A stretch of 64,000 nucleotides of DNA from Bacillota bacterium (GCA_021787335.1 JAJYMC010000054.1:26572-90571); one strand, 5' to 3'; shown: positions 43,294 through 52,634, counted from the first letter of the stretch. Notes: generated by a model not told the origin, from the letters alone. Made by a program: numbers and translations.

Positions 43294-44086
43294 TGGGTCC
43301 TCCGCCCTTCCCCTTCTCCTCGGTCTTCGCGGCGGCCTGTAACTTGGGCGGGAGGAAGACCTCGAGTTTCTCGCGGACGATGCGGGGGTTCTCGCCGGCC
43401 TGGATGGACAGGATGCCTTCCAGGATCATCTCCTTGATCAGCAGTTCGGCCTTGCTTTTATGCTTCAGTTTGTTGGCCAGGGGCAGCCAGATGAGGTTGG
43501 CCGTGCTGATGCCGTAGAAGGTGGCGAGGAAGGCCACGGAGATGGCCGGACCGAGCTCGGACGCATTCTCCAGGTTGGCGAGCACCTTGATGAGTCCGAC
43601 GACGGTCCCGATGATGCCCAAGGTCGGAGCGAAACCGCCGGCGGTCTCCAACATGCTGGCGCCGATGCTGTGCCGTTTCTCGAGGAAGACGATCTCGGTC
43701 TCGAGGATGTTCCGGACCAGTTCGGGGTCGGCTCCGTCGATGACCAGGTTCATCCCGCGGACCAGGAACTTGTCATCGGTGTCCTTGATGAACTCCTGGA
43801 GGATGAGAAGGCCTTCGCGGCGGGCCTTCTCGGCGTATCCGACCAGCAATTCGATGAACTTGAGGGGCTCGGTCTCCTGCTTCCTGAAGGCCAGACCAAG
43901 GATCTTCGGCAGGGCGGCGGCGTCCTCGATGGAATAGGACATGACGGTGGCCCCGAAGGTGCCGCCGAAGACGAGGATGAAGGCCGAGATATTCAGGAGA
44001 GAGGCCAGGTTGGTGCCTTCGATGACGGCCGCCCCGAGAACAGCGACCCAGGCCCCGGCCAGTCCGATAATGGTTGCGAGGTCCAC
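43286..44086 (-). CDS. motA: MotA/TolQ/ExbB proton-channel protein
   Basis: 266 aa with four TM helices in MotA/PomA-like arrangement. 8-nt overlap with motB. Confidence 0.8.
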   Translation of the reverse strand: MDLATIIGLAGAWVAVLGAAVIEGTNLASLLNISAFILVFGGTFGATVMSYSIEDAAALPKILGLAFRKQETEPLKFIELLVGYAEKARREGLLILQEFIKDTDDKFLVRGMNLVIDGADPELVRNILETEIVFLEKRHSIGASMLETAGGFAPTLGIIGTVVGLIKVLANLENASELGPAISVAFLATFYGISTANLIWLPLANKLKHKSKAELLIKEMILEGILSIQAGENPRIVREKLEVFLPPKLQAAAKTEEKGKGGGPSD

Positions 44087-44100
44087 GGTCTAACCCCCTG

Positions 44101-44141
44101 CAGAATGAAGAAGCCCTTCGCTTATATAGTCGAAAGGCTTC
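44101..44141 (-). terminator. intrinsic terminator downstream of rpsR
   Basis: GAAGCCCTTCG/CGAAAGGCTTC stem followed by TTCATTCTG. Confidence 0.45.
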
Positions 44142-44185
44142 AAGCATTTCTTTAGGGTTTTATGTAACCTAGCCTCGCGAGCCGG

Positions 44186-44599
44186 CTATTCCTGCGTGAA
44201 CGGCAGGAGGGCGATGCTACGGGCCCGCTTGATGGCCACGGTCAGCTGGCGCTGATGCTTGGCGCAGTTGCCGGAGATCCGTCGCGGAAGGATCTTGCCC
44301 CGCTCGGTCAGATACCGGCGCAGCCTGACGACATCCTTGTAGTCGATGTCCTTGACCTTGTCCACGCAGAAGCTGCAGACACGCCTCCTGGGACGACGGC
44401 CCTTCTCGCGGCGAGGCCTGGACTCGCGCCGCGGGCCACCAGGACCACGGTCGCCGGGACCACGGTCACCGGGACCACGGTCGCCGGGGCCACGGTCGCC
44501 GCCCGGGATCCGCGGACCCATCGGAGCAGGGCCTGAAGGACCGATCGGCCCCTGGCTGGAGGCCGGGGAGGTGGGAACGGCTCCCTCGATTCTTTCCAT
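44186..44599 (-). CDS. rpsR: 30S ribosomal protein S18 with about 60-aa N-terminal (PGDRG)x4 repeat extension
   Basis: C-terminal 75 aa are canonical S18 ([60 protein letters not shown]). ATG at 44599 has GAGGTG 6 nt upstream. Confidence 0.85.
   Translation of the reverse strand: MERIEGAVPTSPASSQGPIGPSGPAPMGPRIPGGDRGPGDRGPGDRGPGDRGPGGPRRESRPRREKGRRPRRRVCSFCVDKVKDIDYKDVVRLRRYLTERGKILPRRISGNCAKHQRQLTVAIKRARSIALLPFTQE
44443..44502. repeat. 15-bp x4 tandem repeat (encodes PGDRG x4 in the S18 N-terminal extension)
   Basis: gaccacggtcgccgg-like unit repeated four times. Confidence 0.8.
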
Positions 44600-44609
44600 C
44601 TATTTCACC

Positions 44610-45029
44610 TCAGAATGGTATGTCATCTTCGGATACCTTGACGTCGTCGCCGCCGCCTTCGGCCGCCGGTCCGGGGCCGCTGGGGCCGCTGGAACCGCCG
44701 GATTCCTTCGGTCGGTCGAGGAATTGGACGTTGTCGGCGACCACTTCGGCCTTCTGCCTCTTCTGGCCATCCTGCGTCTCGTAAGAGCGGATCTGGAGGC
44801 GCCCTTCGACGCCCACCAGCCGGCCCTTCCCGAGGTGCTGGGCGCAGTTCTCGGCCAGCTTACGCCAGGTCACGATATCAATGAAGTCCGTCTCTCGCTG
44901 CCCGGTCTGGCTGTTCGTGAAGGTCCTGTCGACCGCCAGACGAAAGGTCGCCACCGGGATTCCGTTTGGCGTGTAGCGAAGTTCGGGCTCTTTGACCAGG
45001 CGCCCGATGAGGATGATTCGGTTCAACAC
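44610..45029 (-). CDS. ssb: single-stranded DNA-binding protein
   Basis: 139 aa with an OB-fold N-terminus and a Gly/Pro-rich tail ending DDIPF. Confidence 0.9.
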   Translation of the reverse strand: MLNRIILIGRLVKEPELRYTPNGIPVATFRLAVDRTFTNSQTGQRETDFIDIVTWRKLAENCAQHLGKGRLVGVEGRLQIRSYETQDGQKRQKAEVVADNVQFLDRPKESGGSSGPSGPGPAAEGGGDDVKVSEDDIPF

Positions 45030-45050
45030 GGCTCAGCACCACCCGAGGGC

Positions 45051-45338
45051 TCAGCTTTCCTGGCGAATAACCAGGTCCCGGATTACTTCGTCGGTGATCT
45101 TCATAACCCTTTCGAGTTCGGCTGCGGCGCCGGCCTCGCTTTCGAATTGGACCACCACGTACTGACCCTCGAGGTAGTCTTTTAGCTCGTAAGCCAACCG
45201 GCGCTTTCCCCACTTCTCGGTCTTAGTGACGGTCGCGCCCTGGTTGGTCAGCAAGTTCTGGAATTTCTCTATGACTGCGGTCGTCTGCTCTTCGTCCAGG
45301 TCTGGACGAATGATGTACATGACTTCATACTTCCTCAT
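45051..45338 (-). CDS. rpsF: 30S ribosomal protein S6
   Basis: 95 aa, beginning MRKYEVMYIIRPDLDEEQ. Confidence 0.95.
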   Translation of the reverse strand: MRKYEVMYIIRPDLDEEQTTAVIEKFQNLLTNQGATVTKTEKWGKRRLAYELKDYLEGQYVVVQFESEAGAAAELERVMKITDEVIRDLVIRQES

Positions 45339-45413
45339 GGCTCTTCACCTCCTCCCCTTGGACTGAACGGCTTCATACGCTCTGGTATGAAGCGGGGCAG
45401 CCATGCGGCCACA

Positions 45414-45443
45414 ATTATACCATCTGCGCAGGGTTGAAAGCAA
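45414..45443 (-). promoter_or_regulatory. rpsF-ssb-rpsR promoter (TTGCTT-18-TGgTATAAT, extended -10) with leader hairpin
   Basis: Minus-strand -35 at 45438-45443 and -10 at 45414-45419. Leader contains a GCTTCATAC/GTATGAAGC hairpin. Confidence 0.6.
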
Positions 45444-45566
45444 GGCGACCCTCATGCTGGCCTCATTCGCGGCTCGGCTGGCCGTTCCGATGGTAATGCG
45501 AAGCCGCTCGGCGACGAGGCCGAGCGGCTTTCCACGCGGTCTGAAAACGGCATCGGGGGTGACCGG

Positions 45567-48500
45567 TCAGGCCCTGGAGAGCGGCGCTCGACTGGCTTTT
45601 TCCTGTTTGAGGCGGTACATGCGCTCATCCGCTCGGGCCACCAACTCGGCCGGTCGAGTGCCGTCCTCAGGATAGACGGCGATACCGACGGTGACCCCGG
45701 GCAGGTTGAACTGATGCCCTTGCACCGTGATGCTGCGGCTGGAGATGCCGGCGGACAGCCGGTCGGCCGCCTGTCGTGCTTCTGCCGTCCCGGCGGCGGG
45801 CATGATGATCCCGAATTCGTCGCCACCGTAACGGGCGATGGTGTCAGTCGGGCGATAGTTTCGAGTGACGACGGCCGCCAGTTCGACCAGGGCCCGGTCA
45901 CCGGCCAGGTGCCCGTAAACGTCGTTGACCAGCTTCAGGCTGTCCACATCGAGAAGGACGACCGCCAGTAAGGCTGATTCGCGGCGGGCCCGTTCGAGTT
46001 CCTCTTCCAGGCGGCGGTAGAAATGCGAATGGTTGTAGGTGCCGGTGAGTCCGTCGTGCGTCGCGGCGTGGGCGACCTGTTCGTGGTACCTGGCCACCTC
46101 GATGGCGATAGAGATCTGGCCGGCGACCGCGCTCAGGAGATACAGGTCATCCCTGGAGAAGGCGTTCAGCTGGTCGGATTCGATGTCCAGGACACCGATG
46201 GTGCGACCTTCGACGACGAGTGGGACGGCCAGGGCGGAACGGGCACGGATGTTCGGTCCCCAGTGATATCGGGCATCGGTCCTGACATCCCCGACGACCT
46301 GGGGCAGCCCGTGCTCGGCCACCCAGCCGGTGATGCCGACGCCCTTCTGGACCCGGAGTTCCGGCCCCTCGAGCGGAAGGCCCACGCAGGCCTTGACGAT
46401 GAGGTCCCCGGTGTCCGGTTCGGTCAGCAGGAGGGTGTAGACGTTGGGTCCCATGGCGTCGTAGAGGATGGTAAGGATCCGGTGCATGAGGTGGGACAGG
46501 TTAAGGAGAGAGCGGGTCTCGAGGGAGATCTGATAGAGGATCCCGAGTTCCTTCCCGTGGACGGGGAGGATGCGGCCGATGGCCGCCCCGGCGTGGTCCT
46601 CGGTCAGGTCCGGGGCCTCTTCGTGGGTCCTCTTCGCGAGGGCGATGTATGCCGGATCCCGGGCTTCTTTCAGCCTGCGGAGGTGGGCCGAGAAGGCCTC
46701 GACGACGACCGGGTCGAATTGCGTGCCGCTGCCGGCCAGGAGGCGGTTGAGGGCTTCTTCAGGGGTCAGCCCCAGACGATAGGGCCGGTCCGTGGTCATG
46801 GCATCGAAGGCATCGGCGACGGCCAACACCCTGGCCCCCAACGGGATGGCCGGACCGCTCAGGCCGTCGGGATACCCCCCGCCGGCGAACCATTCGTGGT
46901 GGTGCTTGACCAGGGGGACGATTTCCCGGAAGGCGGCGACCTGCTGCAGGATGTTGGCGCCCTTGGTCGGGTGCTCCATCATCTGGGCCCTCTCGAGCGG
47001 ATCGAGGATGCCCTTCTTCCTGAGGATGCCGTCGTCAAGGCCGATCTTCCCGATGTCGTGGAGGAGTCCGGCGTATTCGATGGTCGCCAGATCCTCGGCC
47101 GGAAGGTCTATCTGATGGGCGATCATCAGGGCGTATCGAGCCACCCGGGTGGAGTGGGCCCTGGTGTGATGGTCGCGGGCGTCGACGGCTTCGGCCAGCG
47201 TCTTCACGGCCGATAGGTAGAGTTCACGTTCGCGTCGGAAGACGTTGGCGTTGTGAATGGCGATGGCCAGTTGGCGGGCCAGGATGTCGATGGCCGTGAC
47301 CTCGTCAGGTGTGAAGACGCCGGGCTTCGTCGAATTCAGGTCGAGCACGCCCAGGACTTCTTGGCCGACGACCAGCGGAAGGCACATGCGTGCCTTCGCC
47401 GGGAGCTTCTGCCCGGCGACCTCGGCCTGGCCGGTCGCCCCCTCGGAGACCAGCGGTTTGGCGTTACGGACGGCCCATCCGGTGAGACCAAGGTTGACGC
47501 TCTGCCGATAGCCGTCGGGAACGAGGTCGGCCAGGTTCCCGGCCTTGGCTTCCAGGTGGATCTCCTCGGCCTCTTTGTCGAAGAGGAACAGCCCGGCATA
47601 GTCGTAACCCAGCTCGTTAGCCAGAAAAGCGACGACCTCCTGAAGGAGGACCGGGAGGTCAAGGATGGCTGTGAGATGGTGGCTGGCCCGGCTGATCGCC
47701 GTCAGTTGGCTGACCTTGCGTTCGAGCTTGCCCCGCAGCTTGGCTTCCTGGATCGCCGTGGCGATCTGGCCGGCCAACCCCTTGATTATCTGCTCATGCT
47801 TGGCGGTCAGGCGGGTCCCCGACTGGCACGAGATGATCAGGACTCCAAGGTTCTCCCCACCGCTCTTGAGGGGACTGACGGCCACGAGGCCAGGACCCAG
47901 CGGGGCGAGGAGGTCTTTGAACCTATGCTGGCCGGGGTCTGGGATGATGGTTAGGTCGGCCGAGTTTATCAGGTTGAGTACATCGCCGTCGATGGGTAGC
48001 CGATCCATCGCTGTCGGTCCGGCAGGCAGGCCGGGCCTCTCCCTGAAGGCCAGGCTGGAGAAGCGTCCGTCCGGCTCGGGCAAGTGAATCTGGAAGTCCT
48101 GGTGCTCCAGCACCCGGGCAAGGCAGGTGGCGGCCACGGAGTAAACTTCCTGGAGGTCGGCCCGCCGGGCGACCGCCCTGGCCACTTCAAGCAGGGCCGT
48201 TGAGGTGTCGGCCTCCTCGCGCACCTTCTCATACAGCCGGGAGTTCTCGATGGACCCGGCCAACTGCGCGGCTACCCGACCGATGAAGTCCGTTTCCTCG
48301 AAGCTGAACTCGGGCCCCGGCATCCGGGAAAGGTTCAGAGTGCCTAGAGCGCGGCCGTTGAACTCGATGTCGGCGGTAGTCCGGGTGGCCTTGACGGCGC
48401 CCCAAGGACCGCCGAAGGCGGCTTCGACGGCCTGGTCTTCGGAGTCCGGGTGGCTGGGAATGCGGAGCCGTCGGAGTTCCCAGTCACCATTACCGCCGGT

Positions 48501-50081
48501 GGCGAGACCGGCGGCAATGACTTCAAAGGGGCCCCCGTCAGACTTGAGGGCCAGGCTGAGATAATCCAGGGAGAGTACTTCGGACATGGCCGCAGCCAAT
48601 TGCGGCACCAAGGCCTCCAGGGCGGGGGCCGTGGTCACCGCCCGGATGATCCAGTTCAGGGCGGCGTTCTGCTCGGCCCGGCGCTTGACCTGTTCATGCA
48701 TCACTGAGTTATTGACGGCCACGGCGAGGTTGTCGACGATAGGGCCCAACACCTGCAGGGTGAGATCGTCATAGGCCTCCGGCCGGACGCTGGCAATGTT
48801 GAGTGCGCCGAGGCAGTTCTCGCCGAACACGAGCGGCAGACAGAGAGTGCACCTTAACCCGTTGGCCCGGAGATGTTCGTCTTCCGTGAACTGCAGGTCG
48901 GCATCGAGGTCGCGGGTCAGGAGGGGAGCCTTCGTTTCCATCACCCGGCCGATGCGGCTGCCGTCCAGTGGCTGCCACTCCTGGTCGTTGAAGACCACGT
49001 TGCGCCGGCCCTGGACGGCCACGGGCCGAAACAGCCGGCCCTCCGCGTCGACGACGGCCAAGGATAGCCGGTCGTAGGGGACGATCTCGCCGATGGCCCG
49101 GCCCAGGGCTCGCAGGACCGTGCCCAGGTCCAGGCTGGAACTGAGGGCCAGGGCGGCTTCGGTGGCCGCCTTCAGGTGGGCCTGCGCTCGGCGTTCGTTG
49201 GAAATGTCCCTGATGGTCGTCAGCCGGCCCGCCGCTGTGCCTTTGGCGTCGTACACCGGGGTGCTGAACAGGCTGTAGGTCGTCTCGGGTGGGTGCCCGA
49301 GGTCGATTTCCTCTTTGATGGTCTTGGTAGCAGTGGCGAAGGCGCCGACCAGCAGCCGCTCGAGCTTCTTGGGGCTGGCCGCCCGCTCGCCCAGCCGCTC
49401 CACGAGGGCGGCTGGGCCCTTCCGGCCGCGAAGCCAGGCAGGGTCGACCCCCAGGAGTTCGCCGGATTTCAGGTTGGCCACCTGGATGCGATGGTTGTTA
49501 TCCGTCATCAGGATGCCGGCGTCCGAGGCGTTCAGGAGGGCCTCCAGACGCTGGCTCCAGTCTCTGGCGTTCTGATAGAGCGTGGCGTGCTCGACGGCCA
49601 GCGCGGCTTCGTCAGCGAAGGCCCTCAATCCGGGAAGCATGTCGGCGGTGAAGGCGTTCAGCCGCGGGCTCTGCAGATCAAGGACGCCCAGCAGCTTGGA
49701 ATCGCGGATCATCGGCAGGCACAGCTCGGACCGGGTCATCACGGAGAAGTCTCGGATGAAGTAGGGGTTCTTGCTGACGTCATTGGCCAATTGGATCTTC
49801 CGGGTCAATGCGGCCTGGCCGATCATTCCCTGGCCGACCTTGAGGCGGTAGCCAGCAACGGGGGTGTCTCGGCTGGCCCGCCGCCCGACGGCCACGGTAA
49901 GCTCCCCGCTCTCTCCGTCAAAGAGCAGAACGGACGCGTCGCTCAAACCAAAAGTGGAGACGACCTCTTCCATCATCTGGCCGAGGACCTGTTTGAGGTC
50001 GATCTTGGCCAGGATGCGGCGGGTCGCCTCGGAGACGGATGGCCGGGTAGCCGGTTCCTTGTTGGATTCGCTCCGCGCCAT
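45567..50081 (-). CDS. multi-GAF/PAS sensor protein with HD-GYP phosphodiesterase and GGDEF diguanylate cyclase domains
   Basis: 1504 aa with at least five GAF-like repeats. HD-GYP domain (HHTRAHS...LLHDIGK...GGGYPDGL). C-terminal GGDEF domain (RYGGDEF) with an RxxD I-site (RPTD) 5 aa upstream. Confidence 0.85.
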   Translation of the reverse strand: MARSESNKEPATRPSVSEATRRILAKIDLKQVLGQMMEEVVSTFGLSDASVLLFDGESGELTVAVGRRASRDTPVAGYRLKVGQGMIGQAALTRKIQLANDVSKNPYFIRDFSVMTRSELCLPMIRDSKLLGVLDLQSPRLNAFTADMLPGLRAFADEAALAVEHATLYQNARDWSQRLEALLNASDAGILMTDNNHRIQVANLKSGELLGVDPAWLRGRKGPAALVERLGERAASPKKLERLLVGAFATATKTIKEEIDLGHPPETTYSLFSTPVYDAKGTAAGRLTTIRDISNERRAQAHLKAATEAALALSSSLDLGTVLRALGRAIGEIVPYDRLSLAVVDAEGRLFRPVAVQGRRNVVFNDQEWQPLDGSRIGRVMETKAPLLTRDLDADLQFTEDEHLRANGLRCTLCLPLVFGENCLGALNIASVRPEAYDDLTLQVLGPIVDNLAVAVNNSVMHEQVKRRAEQNAALNWIIRAVTTAPALEALVPQLAAAMSEVLSLDYLSLALKSDGGPFEVIAAGLATGGNGDWELRRLRIPSHPDSEDQAVEAAFGGPWGAVKATRTTADIEFNGRALGTLNLSRMPGPEFSFEETDFIGRVAAQLAGSIENSRLYEKVREEADTSTALLEVARAVARRADLQEVYSVAATCLARVLEHQDFQIHLPEPDGRFSSLAFRERPGLPAGPTAMDRLPIDGDVLNLINSADLTIIPDPGQHRFKDLLAPLGPGLVAVSPLKSGGENLGVLIISCQSGTRLTAKHEQIIKGLAGQIATAIQEAKLRGKLERKVSQLTAISRASHHLTAILDLPVLLQEVVAFLANELGYDYAGLFLFDKEAEEIHLEAKAGNLADLVPDGYRQSVNLGLTGWAVRNAKPLVSEGATGQAEVAGQKLPAKARMCLPLVVGQEVLGVLDLNSTKPGVFTPDEVTAIDILARQLAIAIHNANVFRRERELYLSAVKTLAEAVDARDHHTRAHSTRVARYALMIAHQIDLPAEDLATIEYAGLLHDIGKIGLDDGILRKKGILDPLERAQMMEHPTKGANILQQVAAFREIVPLVKHHHEWFAGGGYPDGLSGPAIPLGARVLAVADAFDAMTTDRPYRLGLTPEEALNRLLAGSGTQFDPVVVEAFSAHLRRLKEARDPAYIALAKRTHEEAPDLTEDHAGAAIGRILPVHGKELGILYQISLETRSLLNLSHLMHRILTILYDAMGPNVYTLLLTEPDTGDLIVKACVGLPLEGPELRVQKGVGITGWVAEHGLPQVVGDVRTDARYHWGPNIRARSALAVPLVVEGRTIGVLDIESDQLNAFSRDDLYLLSAVAGQISIAIEVARYHEQVAHAATHDGLTGTYNHSHFYRRLEEELERARRESALLAVVLLDVDSLKLVNDVYGHLAGDRALVELAAVVTRNYRPTDTIARYGGDEFGIIMPAAGTAEARQAADRLSAGISSRSITVQGHQFNLPGVTVGIAVYPEDGTRPAELVARADERMYRLKQEKASRAPLSRA

Positions 50082-50137
50082 TGTTGCTCCCCCGTGAAGA
50101 TGTAATGCTCGGCTTCCAAGTTATCGGATTTTTGGCT

Positions 50138-50176
50138 CTAAGAATTAAGACCCCCGGGGACAGTGTCCCCAGGGTC
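50138..50176 (-). terminator. intrinsic terminator downstream of DUF951 gene
   Basis: GACCCCCGGGGACA/TGTCCCCAGGGTC stem followed by TTAATTCTTAG on the minus strand. Confidence 0.5.
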
Positions 50177-50187
50177 CTAATCTGCGT

Positions 50188-50604
50188 TCACGGTTGCTTC
50201 GGAGGTTTGGACGGGCGGCTCGGTCTGGGGCCGGTCGGCCGATCGGCTCGTGGGCCGCTCGGGCGCCCCCGGCTGGAATGCGGCGGCTGACCCTGCGCTG
50301 CTGGTGGGCGGCCCCTGCCGCCGGGCGAGGGACGTCCGCGCCCGGGCCCGACCGGTCGGCCTTGGTCGCGGCGTGGCGGCGGTAACGGCGGTAACGGCAC
50401 GCCCAACGGGAAGAGGTCCTTCACCCCGTGCTCGAACTTGGCCCGTGGGAGCATCACCCGGCGTCCGCAGCCATGGCACTTCAAGCCGAAATCAATGCCT
50501 GTGCGAGTGATCTCCCACAGGTCACTGCCGCACGGGTGGGCCTTCTTCATTCTGACGGTATCACCGACCTGATACCGGACGAACGGCTTATTCATGTGGG
50601 TCAC
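50188..50604 (-). CDS. DUF951 family protein with Pro/Gly/Arg-rich C-terminal extension
   Basis: N-terminal 70 aa match DUF951 (GDTVRMKKAHPCGSDLWEITRTGIDFGLKCHGCGRRVMLPRAKFE). The C-terminal tail is low complexity. Confidence 0.55.
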   Translation of the reverse strand: MTHMNKPFVRYQVGDTVRMKKAHPCGSDLWEITRTGIDFGLKCHGCGRRVMLPRAKFEHGVKDLFPLGVPLPPLPPPRRDQGRPVGPGRGRPSPGGRGRPPAAQGQPPHSSRGRPSGPRADRPTGPRPSRPSKPPKQP

Positions 50605-51488
50605 CCCTTGTGCGACGGCTTGCGGCCGGAATCGGCCTGGGCGTCGCCGATGGGACTCTGCCCTAACTCAATGCCGTGTCCGGCGAAGGTCTTTCTGACC
50701 GCCGCCCGGATGGCCCTCTCCACGCGCCACTGGCTGTTGGCGTTTGTCTCTGCCTGGATCAGATAGGTCGCCCCGGTGGGTCCGAAGGCGCTGATGCCAA
50801 GGACGCGAGGGCCGTCCTTGACGTCGGGGTCGGCCTGCCGGACTTCATCCGCGGCCTCGTTCAACGCCCGGATGACGTCCTCGGTGCTCACGCGATAGGC
50901 CACGGGAATCTCCACCAGGGCCCGCATGTCACTCCGGCTGAGGTTCGTCACCTTGTCGATCATCCCGTTGGGGATGGTGTGAATCTGTCCACCGAAGTCC
51001 TTGATGCGGGTGGTGCGAAGGCCGATGTCCAGAACCGTCCCGGTGAGGCCGGTGGTCTCGATCACTTCGCCCACGGTGTACTCGTCCTCGAAAAGGATGA
51101 AGAACCCGGCGATGATGTCCTTCACGAGGTTCTGGGCGCCGAAGCCGACGGCCAGGCCGATGAACCCAGAAAGGGCCAAGACGGAGGCCACCGGTACGTT
51201 GAAGAGGCCGAGGATGGTCAGGAGGGCGACAAAGTCGACGAGATACCGGAAGACGCTTCGGAGCAGCGAGGCCAGGGTCATCGCCCGCCTCTCGTCGAGG
51301 TAGGCGGGGTGACCGTGGCGGCGGTCGAGGAGGCGGCCGATCGAGCCATTGCCCAGCTTGATCAGCGCCCACGCGGCCAGTAAGACGAGCATGAGCTGAA
51401 GCGCCCGGCTGATGGTCAGCCTGAGCCAGGGGTCGGCGGTCACCAAGAAGCTGCTCAACGAGGTCCACTCCCTAAGCCATGCGGGCAT
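50601..51488 (-). CDS. small-conductance mechanosensitive channel (MscS family)
   Basis: 295 aa with three TM helices plus the MscS beta-domain. Confidence 0.85.
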   Translation of the reverse strand: MPAWLREWTSLSSFLVTADPWLRLTISRALQLMLVLLAAWALIKLGNGSIGRLLDRRHGHPAYLDERRAMTLASLLRSVFRYLVDFVALLTILGLFNVPVASVLALSGFIGLAVGFGAQNLVKDIIAGFFILFEDEYTVGEVIETTGLTGTVLDIGLRTTRIKDFGGQIHTIPNGMIDKVTNLSRSDMRALVEIPVAYRVSTEDVIRALNEAADEVRQADPDVKDGPRVLGISAFGPTGATYLIQAETNANSQWRVERAIRAAVRKTFAGHGIELGQSPIGDAQADSGRKPSHKG

Positions 51489-51534
51489 AGCCGATGGACT
51501 GCGGCACGACCGGTTCAGGGGCCGGACCGCGGGC

Positions 51535-52257
51535 TCATTTGGGGAGTACGCGGCCCACGGTCCACGGCCCGAAGACGGTGAAGGCCCTCAGGAACATGGG
51601 GGCCAGACGAGACGAGGATACTGCCTGGACCCACGGCCGGTGGTTGGTCATGGCCAGGAACGGGGTGGCCAGCCCCAGGCCCAAGGTGACCAGAAGCCCG
51701 GCCAGGATGAGCCCGATGAGGGCGCCGCCGGCGCGGTTCAGGCCTTCCCCGGCGGCGAGATCGAAGCCCTTGCTGGCGAGTGGGGCGAGCAGCCTGAACG
51801 CGAGCGAGACGGCAGCCATGAGGATGGCGAAGGCCAGGCCATCCATGACCGCCCCGGCCAGAGCCCGGGCCAAGACCTGGTTCAATCCCCCGCCGTTGCC
51901 GCCCGCGGCGGCTACGGCTGAAAGCTTGGCGATGTAGGCGGAGACCGAGGAGGCATACGGCTCAGGAAGCTTGAGCGCGGCGGTGAGCTGTTCAGCGAAT
52001 CGTGGCGACAAGACCGTCTGCGCGCCCCCGGTGAGGCCGGTGAGGGCCAATCTCGGGGCGAGGAAGGAGGACAGACGGCTGCTCAGATGCCAGGCACCCT
52101 CGAGGTAACGAGCCAGTCGGTCGTGGAAGATGACCGACACGGCCAGCGAGGCGACCAGTCCGATAGCCTCGAAGACCAATCGGGCCAAGCCTTTGATGAA
52201 CCCGAAGACAAGGCCGGCTGCCAGCACTATGAGGATGCCCGCGTCAATGGCATTCAT
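51535..52257 (-). CDS. CvpA-family membrane protein
   Basis: 240 aa with an N-terminus resembling CvpA (MNAIDAGILIVLAAGLVFGFIKG). Confidence 0.55.
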   Translation of the reverse strand: MNAIDAGILIVLAAGLVFGFIKGLARLVFEAIGLVASLAVSVIFHDRLARYLEGAWHLSSRLSSFLAPRLALTGLTGGAQTVLSPRFAEQLTAALKLPEPYASSVSAYIAKLSAVAAAGGNGGGLNQVLARALAGAVMDGLAFAILMAAVSLAFRLLAPLASKGFDLAAGEGLNRAGGALIGLILAGLLVTLGLGLATPFLAMTNHRPWVQAVSSSRLAPMFLRAFTVFGPWTVGRVLPK

Positions 52258-52613
52258 TCCCTTGCCCCCCTAGGTTTACGTGGGACGAAGGCCATGAAGG
52301 CATAGGCGCCGATGGCCGGAAGGGCCAGCCCGACCTCGGTCCCCGTCCACAGCCTGCCGGCGGTGATGGCGCCGGCTGCCACGAGTCCAAGGAACACGAA
52401 GACCAGGAGTTCTCGAAGGAAGTCCTCGTAGAAGATGAGACCGGAGAAGCCTCTGGCGAGGGCCTCCATGATGTCTCCAGCCGTCTTGGTGAGGGCGAAG
52501 ACGATGACCGCACGGGCCACCAGATGGAGATGGGTCCGGCCCAGCAGGGCGGCTATGGCATAGGAGCAAGTCCCGGCGACGAAAGCGGCCAGAACTCGCT
52601 GGCGGGTAGTCAC
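52254..52613 (-). CDS. hypothetical membrane protein
   Basis: 119 aa with 3-4 TM helices. 4-nt overlap with the CvpA-like gene. Confidence 0.4.
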   Translation of the reverse strand: MTTRQRVLAAFVAGTCSYAIAALLGRTHLHLVARAVIVFALTKTAGDIMEALARGFSGLIFYEDFLRELLVFVFLGLVAAGAITAGRLWTGTEVGLALPAIGAYAFMAFVPRKPRGARE

Positions 52614-52634
52614 AACCGGGTCACCTCTCTCCCC

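Noticed and set aside
46023-50105. Multiple 230-400-aa plus-strand ORFs
   Set aside because: All antisense to the 1504-aa GAF/HD-GYP/GGDEF gene.
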